Source: Verrucomicrobiaceae bacterium
Lineage (GTDB): Bacteria; Verrucomicrobiota; Verrucomicrobiia; Verrucomicrobiales; Akkermansiaceae
Reading direction: 5' to 3'
NCBI GenBank assembly: GCA_051252135.1
Contig: JBPOGH010000007.1
Coordinates: 160,001-224,000, forward strand
Length of the DNA stretch: 64,000 nt
Shown here piece after piece: positions 54,060 through 63,500 of this stretch; the stretch's first letter is position 1, and each line of letters opens with the position of its first letter. Under the pieces are notes generated by a model. The model did no database searches and was not told the DNA's origin. It worked only from the letters and a program-made list of their open reading frames with translations. Made by a program: the position numbers and the translations under genes.

Positions 54060-57000
54060 ATGTTTAAAGGGCAGTCCTTCCTGGTCACATTGATGATTTC
54101 GATGTCGGCAGGCATTGGGATGGCGATGCCGGTGATCAATGAGATCATGGCGAATAATCGGTCGACGGTGGCTGATGCGCAGGGGGAGTTTGATGATTGG
54201 GTGGAGATTTTTAATTCGGGGACGGAGGCGTTGGATTTGAGTGGGTATTATTTCAGTGATGATCCGGAGGAGGTGACGAAGTGGCAGATTCCGTTGGGTT
54301 CGGGGATGGTGGTGCCGGCGGGAGGGTATGTGACTTTGTGGTTGGATAATGATGTGGAGGATGGGGCGGATCATGTGGGTGTTCGCTTGGCGGCGGAGGG
54401 GGATGTCTTGATTTTGACTGCGCCGGATGGGGTGACGGTGATCGAGCAGGTGGTGCTTCCGGGGCAGCATCCGGACATTTCTTATGGTCGGGATGAGGCG
54501 GGGGAGTTTCGTTATTTGATCCATCCGACTCCGGGGTTGATGAATGACCCGACGGGGGTGGCGGTTTTGGAAGGGGTGACTTTTTCGCGGGAGCAGGGGA
54601 CTTTTGAGGTGGGGTTTGATTTGGTGTTGGCGACGACGTCGGAGGGGGCGACGATTCGTTACACGGTGGATGGATCGCGGCCATCGAGTTCGAACGGGGC
54701 GGTTTACGGAGGTCCGGTGCTAGTGGAGTCGACTTCTTGTGTGCGGGCGGCGTTGTTTTTGGGGTCGGTGCAGATTAGTCCGGTGGAGAGTCGGGTGTAT
54801 CTCGAGGTGGATGCGGGGCTGGCGGGATTTGATTCGAACCTGCCGATCATCTTGCTCGATAGTCAGGGCTATGACTTTTCCAATGACGATGATCCGCGGA
54901 CGGATTATCCGTCGCAACCGGTTTGTGCGGGTGTGTTTGAAAACGAGACGGGCCGGACGTCGGTGACGGCTGCGCCGCAGTTTGCGGGTCGGGCGGGGCT
55001 GAATGTGCGGGGGGCGAGCAGCAAGACGTGGCCGAAGAAGCAGTTTAAGTTCGAGACCTGGGATGAGGAGGATAACGATCGCGATGTTTCCTTACTCGGG
55101 ATGCCGGCGGAGTCGGATTGGTTGTTGCAGGCTCCTTATTTTGACAAGACGCTGATGCGAAACGAGTTCGTTTTTCACTGGTGGCGGGAGATGGGTTACT
55201 ACTCGCCGCGGACACGTTATGTGGAGGTGTTTTTGAATCCTGATCCGAGCGAGCCGTTCAGTATGGATCATTATCAGGGGGTGTATTTGCTGACGGAGAA
55301 GATCAAGCGGTCGGCCGAGCGGATGCAGTTGGCAGGGCTGGATGCGGGGGATGTGGTGGAGCCGGAGATTACGGGGGGCTACATGGTACAGGCGACGAAT
55401 CTGAACCAAGACTGGGTGAGCGGAAAAGGGACGCGCTACAAGTATGTCGATCCGGCGAAGGATGAGTTGCTACCGGTCCAGCGGACGTGGCTGCAGGACT
55501 TTATCGATGCGGCGGAGGACTCGGTTTACGCGGCGAACTTTGCGGACCCGGTGGAGGGTTATGCGAAGTATCTCGATGTGCCATCGCAGGTGGACTACGA
55601 CATTATGCGCGAGTTGAGTCGGAACACGGATGGGGCGAGCACCTTCTTTTCGATTGATCGCGGGGAGAAGCTCAAGATGGGGCCGCTTTGGGATTACAAT
55701 CAGGCTTTGGGGCTGAGCTCGCTGGGGACGTCGACGTTGGGCTATGGCTATGAGACCGACGGTTGGAATGGCTACTACATGCGGGCGGGGCATTGGCTGG
55801 CTTGGTGGGATGAGCTGGATGACGATCCGAACTACCAGCGGGCGTGGAATGATCGCTGGGTGGAGCTGCGGGAGAGCACGCTGACGACGGAGGGATTGCT
55901 TGGGAAAATTGATGGGGATGCGGCGCTGTTGGGCGAAGCGCAGATGCGAAATTTTTCGAAGTGGGACATTTTGGGGGTGGCGGTTTACGTGGTGAATGGT
56001 CGGACGCGGGCTGATCCGGGTGACTTGGATCGAGACACTTATGAGAAGGAAGTGACCTTTCTGCGAGACTGGGTGGAGGATCGCGTGGCCTGGATTGATT
56101 CGCAGGTGCCATCGCCGCCCGATTTTTCCCAAAACGGAGGAGCGGTGCCGGAGGGATACTCGCTGGTGATGAGCGAGGGGAGTTCGTTCGGTGCGTTTTC
56201 GGGTGATGTCTTTTATACCACGGATGGGAGTGATCCGGCGGAAGGTGTGGCGACCCAATACACGGGGCCGATTGTCTTGAACGACGGGGTGCGTGTGAGG
56301 GCGCGGACGATGAGTTCGTCGGACGGAAGTTGGGGCGCGCTGCGGGATGCGACTTTTGTGGTGGGAACCGAGCCGGCCTCGAGTGCGAATTTGGTGATCT
56401 CGGAGATTCACTACAATCCGAGAGGGCGTGATGAGCTGGAGTTTCTTGAGATCGTGAATCGCGGGAGTGTGCCGTTGGATTTGACCGGGGTGAGGTTGGC
56501 GAATGCGGTGGAATTTGAGTTTGGCGCGATGGCGCTGGAGCCGGGCGGGGTGCTGGTTGTGGTGGAGGATGAAGGGGCCTTTACGGCGGAGTTTGGAACG
56601 GCGGGTTCGCCGCGATTTGTTGAGGGCTTGGTGATTGCGGGTCAGTGGTCGGGGAGGCTGAGCAATGGCGGGGAGACGATTGACCTGCTTGATGCGGCAG
56701 GAGGCGTTTTGCATCGGGTGACATATGGGCAGGATGGCGCGTGGCCGTCGGGAGCGGATGGCGATGGGTTTTCGCTGGAGCTGAGAGATTTGAGTTTTGA
56801 TCCTGCGGTAGCGGGGAACTGGCGTTTGAGTGATTGGGAAGACGGGAGTCCCGGGAATTTGACTCTGCCGGTTGAGGTCACTTTTGAAGCGTGGCAGGAA
56901 GAGCATTTTACGGTTGCGGAACGGGGGCAGGCGGAAGTGAGCGGGCTCTTAGCGGATCCGGACGGAGATGGGTTTTCGAATCTGCTGGAGTATGGGCTGG

Positions 57001-57296
57001 CGAGTCATCCGAGGGCGGCGGGGTCGCAGCCTGCGATGGAGATTGCGGAGGAGGAGATTGAGGTGGACGGAGTGACGGGGCGTTATTTGACGCTGACCTT
57101 TGACCGTCCGGTTGGGTCGGAGCTCAGTTATGCGCTTCAGATGTCGTCTGATCTGTCGGGGTGGAACAGCAGGCCCTTGAAGTGGGTGCGGGGCAGTGTG
57201 GACCTTGGGGCGCGGGTGGAGACGATCACGGTGAGAGGGGAGCAGCCGATTGAAGCGGCGGGGCGTGAGTTGATGAGAATTTACCTTTCAAAATAA
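54060..57296 (+). CDS. CotH kinase family protein with two lamin-tail domains
   Basis: Signal peptide from ATG 54060; INEIMANN...DWVEIFN; VRGASS..WPKKQFK, ESDWLLQAPYFDKTLMRN, YQGVYLLTEKIK, MGPLWDYN; ISEIHYNP; ADPDGDGFSNLLEY. Confidence 0.9.
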   Translation: MFKGQSFLVTLMISMSAGIGMAMPVINEIMANNRSTVADAQGEFDDWVEIFNSGTEALDLSGYYFSDDPEEVTKWQIPLGSGMVVPAGGYVTLWLDNDVEDGADHVGVRLAAEGDVLILTAPDGVTVIEQVVLPGQHPDISYGRDEAGEFRYLIHPTPGLMNDPTGVAVLEGVTFSREQGTFEVGFDLVLATTSEGATIRYTVDGSRPSSSNGAVYGGPVLVESTSCVRAALFLGSVQISPVESRVYLEVDAGLAGFDSNLPIILLDSQGYDFSNDDDPRTDYPSQPVCAGVFENETGRTSVTAAPQFAGRAGLNVRGASSKTWPKKQFKFETWDEEDNDRDVSLLGMPAESDWLLQAPYFDKTLMRNEFVFHWWREMGYYSPRTRYVEVFLNPDPSEPFSMDHYQGVYLLTEKIKRSAERMQLAGLDAGDVVEPEITGGYMVQATNLNQDWVSGKGTRYKYVDPAKDELLPVQRTWLQDFIDAAEDSVYAANFADPVEGYAKYLDVPSQVDYDIMRELSRNTDGASTFFSIDRGEKLKMGPLWDYNQALGLSSLGTSTLGYGYETDGWNGYYMRAGHWLAWWDELDDDPNYQRAWNDRWVELRESTLTTEGLLGKIDGDAALLGEAQMRNFSKWDILGVAVYVVNGRTRADPGDLDRDTYEKEVTFLRDWVEDRVAWIDSQVPSPPDFSQNGGAVPEGYSLVMSEGSSFGAFSGDVFYTTDGSDPAEGVATQYTGPIVLNDGVRVRARTMSSSDGSWGALRDATFVVGTEPASSANLVISEIHYNPRGRDELEFLEIVNRGSVPLDLTGVRLANAVEFEFGAMALEPGGVLVVVEDEGAFTAEFGTAGSPRFVEGLVIAGQWSGRLSNGGETIDLLDAAGGVLHRVTYGQDGAWPSGADGDGFSLELRDLSFDPAVAGNWRLSDWEDGSPGNLTLPVEVTFEAWQEEHFTVAERGQAEVSGLLADPDGDGFSNLLEYGLASHPRAAGSQPAMEIAEEEIEVDGVTGRYLTLTFDRPVGSELSYALQMSSDLSGWNSRPLKWVRGSVDLGARVETITVRGEQPIEAAGRELMRIYLSK

Positions 57297-60200
57297 TGAT
57301 GATGAAAATGCGAATGTTGTTATGGGGCCTTGTGCTTTCGGCGGGCCAGCTTGCCGGCTATGAAGTGTGGATCGGGACTCATTTGTCGACGAGTGAGACG
57401 GCGACTGATTTGGCGAGCTGGTCGCAGACGGCTTCGCAAGTGGAAGGGTTCAATGTGAACCTGGCACCCCACGATACCGACCCTGTTACCAACAACGAGT
57501 TTCGGACGATTCTGGGGCAGTTTACGAATGCCAAGAATGCGATGAGGGAATTTGCGAGGTCGCAGGCGACGCGCGATCCGGACATGACGGACGAGCTGGC
57601 ATTTCCGTCGATTGCTTCAAGGCTGGAGATTTTGATCAACAGTCAGAACACCTACAATTTTGATCTGAGCATCATCATGTTCTACGACGAGCGGGGGACT
57701 TTTCAGGGGACGGAATATCTCTACCAGTGGTCCGAGATTGAGATTCAATATTTACGCGACTGGCTGGATGAGAACGGGCATGAGGATATCGAGCTGATGT
57801 GGAACGTGCGGAATAACAGCGTGCGAAACCAGGAGCTGGCGGCGCATCCTTTGGTGGATTCGGTTGAGATCGAAGCGAGCACGACAGCCTTGCTGGACAA
57901 CACGAACAACCAGATGACCTTTTTCAACTGGTTCTGGAACAATCCGGCGACGGCGAACAAGAGGATTGCGATGCAGATTCCGCGGAACTTGCCGGGAGAT
58001 TCGAAGGACCAGTTTCAGGGGACCCGTCGGGTGGCGAAGTTGATCGGAGATTCGATCGGATACGGGGAGGACGGGATTCGGAGTGATCGGCTGGTGTTTC
58101 TGCCGGTGACCTACAATGACAATTTCAATTTCATCCCGGAGACCGTTTCGGGCGGGACGGCCTACACCAACAGTCTGACCAGTATTGCGCTGTCACTGAT
58201 TGAGCAGCGCTCGTTGTTTGAGGGGCGGTCGAGGGTTCCGACCGATGCCGATGCGGACAGTAAGACCCGCTTGTTTGCGCCGACGGTGGGGACGATTGGT
58301 GATCAGACGGTGGCTTTTGAAACATCGACCGGGGCGTTATCATTTTCGGTCAGCGATGATGTGACGGCGGCTGGAGCGCTCACGATTTCGAAGAGCTCCT
58401 CGAATCCCACGTTGGTGCCCTTGGGGAATATTGTTTTGGGTGGAAGCGGGGGGAACCGGACGGTGACGGTGACGCCGGCGGCGGGCCAGAGCGGGAGTGC
58501 GGAGATTGAACTGTGGGTGAGTGACGGGACGCTGGCATCGCCGATTATTTTTGAGGTGACGGTGCTGCCTTCAGGGCTCGCTCCCGGGACGATTTACAGT
58601 TTGAATGACGATTGTTCGATTACCGAGAATCCGTCGATTGAGAAGCTGTCGAGTGAAACGGTTGATGTGGGTGCGAGAGGGGCTTCGCCTTGGGTGGAGA
58701 GGTGCACCGTTTACGTGTTTCAATTGCCTGATTTGGGTGCGGTGACCAATCCGTTTCAAGAGGCGAGCTTCACCTATCATGTCGTCGACAAAAGCGGGGG
58801 TTTACGGGGTCATGATCTCTACGGGTTGGGAAGGCGAGCGAGTCCGACGGTGCTTACGGGTGACTTTTATTCACAGAGCGCGACCGCGGATCCTACTGAT
58901 GCGACGAGGATTCAGCAAACGATCATGAATGACAGCACGCCGTTGGGATTGGTTTCGACCACGGCCGGAGGCAGTGCCAATCTGGTGAGCTACCTCAATA
59001 GCCAGTATGCCGGTGGAGCGGGGATCGGGGAATACGTCTTCCTGCGGATCAATACGCGGGATGCGAAAACAGAACTGAACTACGCGACCCTGACGATGTC
59101 CGAGGGGGGAGTGGTGAGTCCGCAGGACACGCGGCCGCGCATCAGCTATCAGGCGACGAGTCCGGCTCCGACGATCAGCGCGATTCCCGATCAATCGGTG
59201 GTGGTGAATTCCGGGCCGATTACGATTCCCTTTACGATTGGTGATGCGGGTCATCCGGTGGATTCGTTGACGCTGAGCGGGACTTCGAGCAACTCTGCAC
59301 TGATACCCAACTCAGGGATGAGCTTTGGTGGAAGCGGTGCGAACCGGACCGTGACACTGACTCCCCTGACCGGGGTTTTGGGGACGACGGAGATCACGAT
59401 TGAAGTCAGCAACGGGACGTTCAGTGGAGAGACAAGCTTTGTGGTCGTGGTTGAAGGGCTGAGGGAAGTGGTAGCCGGATGGGATGACTGGAACAGCAAC
59501 ACGGCTCCGGGTGCGACTGTGACGGGGTCGGGCATTGTGGCCACGGCGACGGCATCGGCAGCGACCGGTAGCTGGAACACGGCGGATGACGGGAGTAGTG
59601 GTCGTGGCTCGAGTGGGGACGGGACCTGGGGATCGTTTGATGGTGGCGGGGTAGCGGCGAGCGCGGTGGTGACCGGTCCGGGAGCAAATATGACGGCTGC
59701 CAACGGAGTGACGGATGCGGAGATGACGTTTACGATTACCAACAACGGCTCGGCCGACTGGGACCTGGAGGGGTTTCACATGGATGTTATTGCGTTCCGC
59801 CCCAACGCACCCCGTGCCTACGAATTGAGGGTGCTGAGTGGCGGTGTGACCAACGGGGTGGTGTTTACTTCTGCTGATGATGCGATCAACCAGCTTGGGG
59901 GCACCTTATCCGGTGGGAACGATGATCATGACGAGATTGACCTGGACCTGACGGGTCTTGCTGATGCGACGCTGGAACCCGGAGAGACGGTGGTTCTTCA
60001 ACTTGCGTTTTCGAGCGGCGCCGGTTCCGGTGGCGGGCATCATCTCTTCGTGGACAACGTGGCGGTGTCGGGGGTGACGGACCCGATGACGGCGTTGCAG
60101 AGCTGGCGGATGGCGCACTTTGGGACCACTGAAAACACGGGAATGGCGGCGGATGGTTTTGATGCCAACGGCGACGGGGAAGTGAATCTGTTGGAGTTTG

Positions 60201-60487
60201 CGACAGGGCAGGATCCTCATTCGGGAAGCTTTGTCATGACTTCGGTCGGGCCGGTTGGGGGAGGCTTCGAGTTCCGTTACACGCGCAGCCAGAGTGCGGT
60301 TGGAGACGGGGTGGTGTTCACGGTGGAGTGGAGCGACAGCCTGGAGGCGGGAAGCTGGAGCAGTGCCGGTGTTTCCGAAATGACGGACCCCGAGAATCCG
60401 GGAGGTGGTGAACTTGAGAATCGGGTTGTGACGCTGCCGCAGGGAAGTTCAAGGCGCTTTGTGCGCTTGAGGGTGAGTTCGCAATGA
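57296..60487 (+). CDS. Secreted modular protein: unknown N-terminal domain, two cadherin/Ig-like repeats, modules shared with 50138-53689
   Basis: Signal peptide; two PT(V/I)..I.DQ...SSN..L.P....GGSG.NRTVT.TP repeats; VYVFQLPDLG module; VVAGWD...LFVDNVAVSG; RRFVRLRV. 1-bp overlap with the upstream stop. Confidence 0.85.
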   Translation: MMMKMRMLLWGLVLSAGQLAGYEVWIGTHLSTSETATDLASWSQTASQVEGFNVNLAPHDTDPVTNNEFRTILGQFTNAKNAMREFARSQATRDPDMTDELAFPSIASRLEILINSQNTYNFDLSIIMFYDERGTFQGTEYLYQWSEIEIQYLRDWLDENGHEDIELMWNVRNNSVRNQELAAHPLVDSVEIEASTTALLDNTNNQMTFFNWFWNNPATANKRIAMQIPRNLPGDSKDQFQGTRRVAKLIGDSIGYGEDGIRSDRLVFLPVTYNDNFNFIPETVSGGTAYTNSLTSIALSLIEQRSLFEGRSRVPTDADADSKTRLFAPTVGTIGDQTVAFETSTGALSFSVSDDVTAAGALTISKSSSNPTLVPLGNIVLGGSGGNRTVTVTPAAGQSGSAEIELWVSDGTLASPIIFEVTVLPSGLAPGTIYSLNDDCSITENPSIEKLSSETVDVGARGASPWVERCTVYVFQLPDLGAVTNPFQEASFTYHVVDKSGGLRGHDLYGLGRRASPTVLTGDFYSQSATADPTDATRIQQTIMNDSTPLGLVSTTAGGSANLVSYLNSQYAGGAGIGEYVFLRINTRDAKTELNYATLTMSEGGVVSPQDTRPRISYQATSPAPTISAIPDQSVVVNSGPITIPFTIGDAGHPVDSLTLSGTSSNSALIPNSGMSFGGSGANRTVTLTPLTGVLGTTEITIEVSNGTFSGETSFVVVVEGLREVVAGWDDWNSNTAPGATVTGSGIVATATASAATGSWNTADDGSSGRGSSGDGTWGSFDGGGVAASAVVTGPGANMTAANGVTDAEMTFTITNNGSADWDLEGFHMDVIAFRPNAPRAYELRVLSGGVTNGVVFTSADDAINQLGGTLSGGNDDHDEIDLDLTGLADATLEPGETVVLQLAFSSGAGSGGGHHLFVDNVAVSGVTDPMTALQSWRMAHFGTTENTGMAADGFDANGDGEVNLLEFATGQDPHSGSFVMTSVGPVGGGFEFRYTRSQSAVGDGVVFTVEWSDSLEAGSWSSAGVSEMTDPENPGGGELENRVVTLPQGSSRRFVRLRVSSQ

Positions 60488-60531
60488 TGCTGGCGTGATG
60501 GGAGCTGATGGGATTTTCCCGGTGGCTCCGG

Positions 60532-63500
60532 TCATCGTTCTTCGATTTGGTAGCGGAAGAACTCCTGCGTGCCGGAGGCGGGGGCGGTGAGGGTTTGGGT
60601 GGGTTGGGCCGGGTTGCGGGGGAGGGCGTTGTTTCCGGGGGCGGTCCAGCGTTGCCAGTTGGAGAGGTCGGTGGAGCGTTGGATGATGAGGCTGCGGTTT
60701 GAGAAGGGGGGGAGGTCGATCTCGATGTTGCTGCTGTTTTGGAGGATCGTTGTGGTGAGGAGATCGGAGGGGTCGGTTGGATTGGTGAGGGTGAGCCATT
60801 CGGTTTGGTTGGAGGCACCGTCGGCGTCGGGGTCGGCGGTGGGTTCTCCTTGGGGGGAGGTGTCGTTGCCGAAGCGGGCGATGCGCCAGGCGTGGTAGGT
60901 GGTTTCGCTGGTGGCTTCCTGGAGGATCCAATCGGTGAGGAGCTGGATGTTGGCGGTGTCGGTTTCGTTGGTGGCGAGAGGGGGCATGCGGGTGTAGCCG
61001 TTGGTGGCGGCGACGCGGCTGAGGAGGATGGAGCGGGTGGGGTTTCCGGGGACGACGAGGCGGTCGTCGGGGTGTTCGGTTCCTCCGGAGGCGAGAGTGT
61101 TGATGAGGTTGGTTTGGGCGATGGTGAGAGCGAGATTTCCTTTCCAGGTGAGCGGTTCGATGCCGGGGTCCTGGTGGCAGTAGGCGCAGTTGACATCGAG
61201 GTAGGAACGGACGCGGGCTTCGAGGGAGTAGTCGGTTTCGGTGGGGCCGATGTGTTTTGGAAGGGCGTCGGGAAGATTGGGGAGAGTGTCGAGGTAGCCG
61301 CTGGTGAAGAGGAGGGTGAGGAGGTTTCCGGAGGAGCCTTCGATGGTTCCGGTGCGGTTGAGTTGCGGAGTGTTGAAGGAGAGGGCGAGTCCGGCTTCAG
61401 GGAGGTGGCAGGTGTTGCAAGAGGAGCGGGAAGGGATGTTCCAGGTTTGGGCCTGGATGCCATCGGGGGTGTCGATGGTGAGCTCGATATTTTCACCGGC
61501 GGTGCCGACGAGGGTGGCTTCGGTTCCGGCTTCATTCCATTTGTAGGAAACGCCGTAGATGCCATCGGTGAAGTTGGCGATGCCGCCGATGAGTTCGGGA
61601 GTGATGAGCATATCGGAGCTACCGATGCCGTTGTTGAGGCCCTGGATGGCGAGGATGTTTTGGCCGTCCTGAAGGAGGTGGGTGAAGGAGGAAATGTTGA
61701 AGTCCTGGAAGGAGGTGGCGCTGCCATCGGGGTTATCGCCGCTGGCTTCCGACTCCCAAGTGAGGGCTTGGGGTGGGGAGTCGTCTTCGGGCGGGTTGGC
61801 GTCGGTGACGCGTTGGCCGTTGAAGTAGGCGACGAAGCCGTCGTCGTACTTCATGCGGAGGGTGAGTTGGCCGATGGAGGCGGCGTCGGTGACATTGAAG
61901 GGGACGCGGAGGTAGAAGGAGGTGTTTTGGCCGTTGAGGGCGTTGCCAAGATTTCCGCCGGTGCCGAAGTGGGAGAGGTAGGTTGAGTTTTCATCGTAGC
62001 CGATGCCGGTGTTGGCGGTGGGCCATGAGGAGTCATCGAAGGCGGTGGTCATCCAGGTGCTTTCGAGGGAGGCGTTGGTGGGGACGAGGTATTTGGCGGA
62101 GGCTCCTTCGGAGATGAGGGTGGAGGTGGAGACGACTTCGGCGATTTGATTGCGGACGAGGACGCGGGTCTCGAGGTGTTTTTTGGTGGCGGGATTTCCG
62201 CGTTCGAGTTCGAGATCGAAGTGTTTTACCCAGATCATGCCGTTGGGGAAGGTCCAGGGTTGGTCTTCGGCGTAGGTGATGAGATCGGAGGTGTTTTTGA
62301 TGGCGAACCAGCGTTGCTTGAGGGCGTGGTCGGACCAGAAGGGGAGGTTGATATCGTAGGGGACGACGCCGGGGTTTGGGGTGAGGGTGGCGAGGTTTGA
62401 GAAGATTCCGGTTGAGGAAAGGGTGTCGGGGAAGCCGGGGTCGTCATCGCGGGCGACGAGGCGGTGGATTTGGTTGCCGCTGACATCGGCCATGAGGATG
62501 TCGCCGTTTGAGGGATCGGGTCCGAAGCCGGCGAGTCCGCCTTCACCGGCGATGCGTTGGACCTCGGGTTCGCCGGGGGTGTCGGTTCGTTCGAGGGCCC
62601 AGACGTTTCCGGAGACGTAGTCGCCGAAGATGTATTTCCCGGTGAGACTTGGGATGTTGGTGCCGCGGTAGACGAAGCCTCCGGTGATGGAGTTGCCCTG
62701 GAACTCGCCGTTGCCGCGGGCGTAGTCCCAGACGGGTGGGTTGTGGGTGGAATTGGTGCGGCTGGCTCCATTGATGGTGCTGTTGAACTTGGGGCCGCTG
62801 AGGTCCCCTTCATACCAGGCCCAGCCGTGATTGCTTCCGATGAGGGCGATGGTGACTTCTTCGCGGGCGCCTTGGCCGACGTCGCCGATCCAGAGTTCGT
62901 CGTTATCGAAACTGAAGCGCCAGGGGTTGCGGAGGCCGACGGCGAAGAACTCGGTGCGGGTTTGGGTGGGGTTGACGGAGACGCCATTGAAGGTGGTGGC
63001 GCCGACCCAGGGGTTGTCGGCGGGGACTTCGTAGAGCGGGTTGCCGTTGACGAGCTTGATGGCGGGGTGGGTGTTGGGGCGGAGGTTGGTGTCGTCGTTT
63101 CCGGTGCCGTCGGAAGGGGTGTAGTCTTCCGGTTCGAGGTCGACATCGATGCGGGTGATAGAGGACCAGAAATCCTTATCGAGGAACTGGCTGTTGTTGA
63201 GGGTGTCATTGGCGGCGCCCTCGTCTCCCCAGCTCATGTAGAGGTAGCCATCGGAGCCGAAGTGGAGGTCGCCGCCGTTGTGGTTTCCGGCGTCGTTTCG
63301 TTGTTCGATGAGGATTTCTTCGGAGGTGGGATCGGCGGCGGTGTCGGCGAGGTCGGGATCGTGCCAGCGGGAGAGGCGTTGGTAGTTGGTGCCGCCGGAG
63401 CTGACGTTGTAGACGATGAAAAAGGAGCCGTTGTTTTGGTAGTCGGGGTGGAAGGCGACGCTGAGGAGGCCTTGTTCGCTGCCGGTGAGGAGGGACTCGC

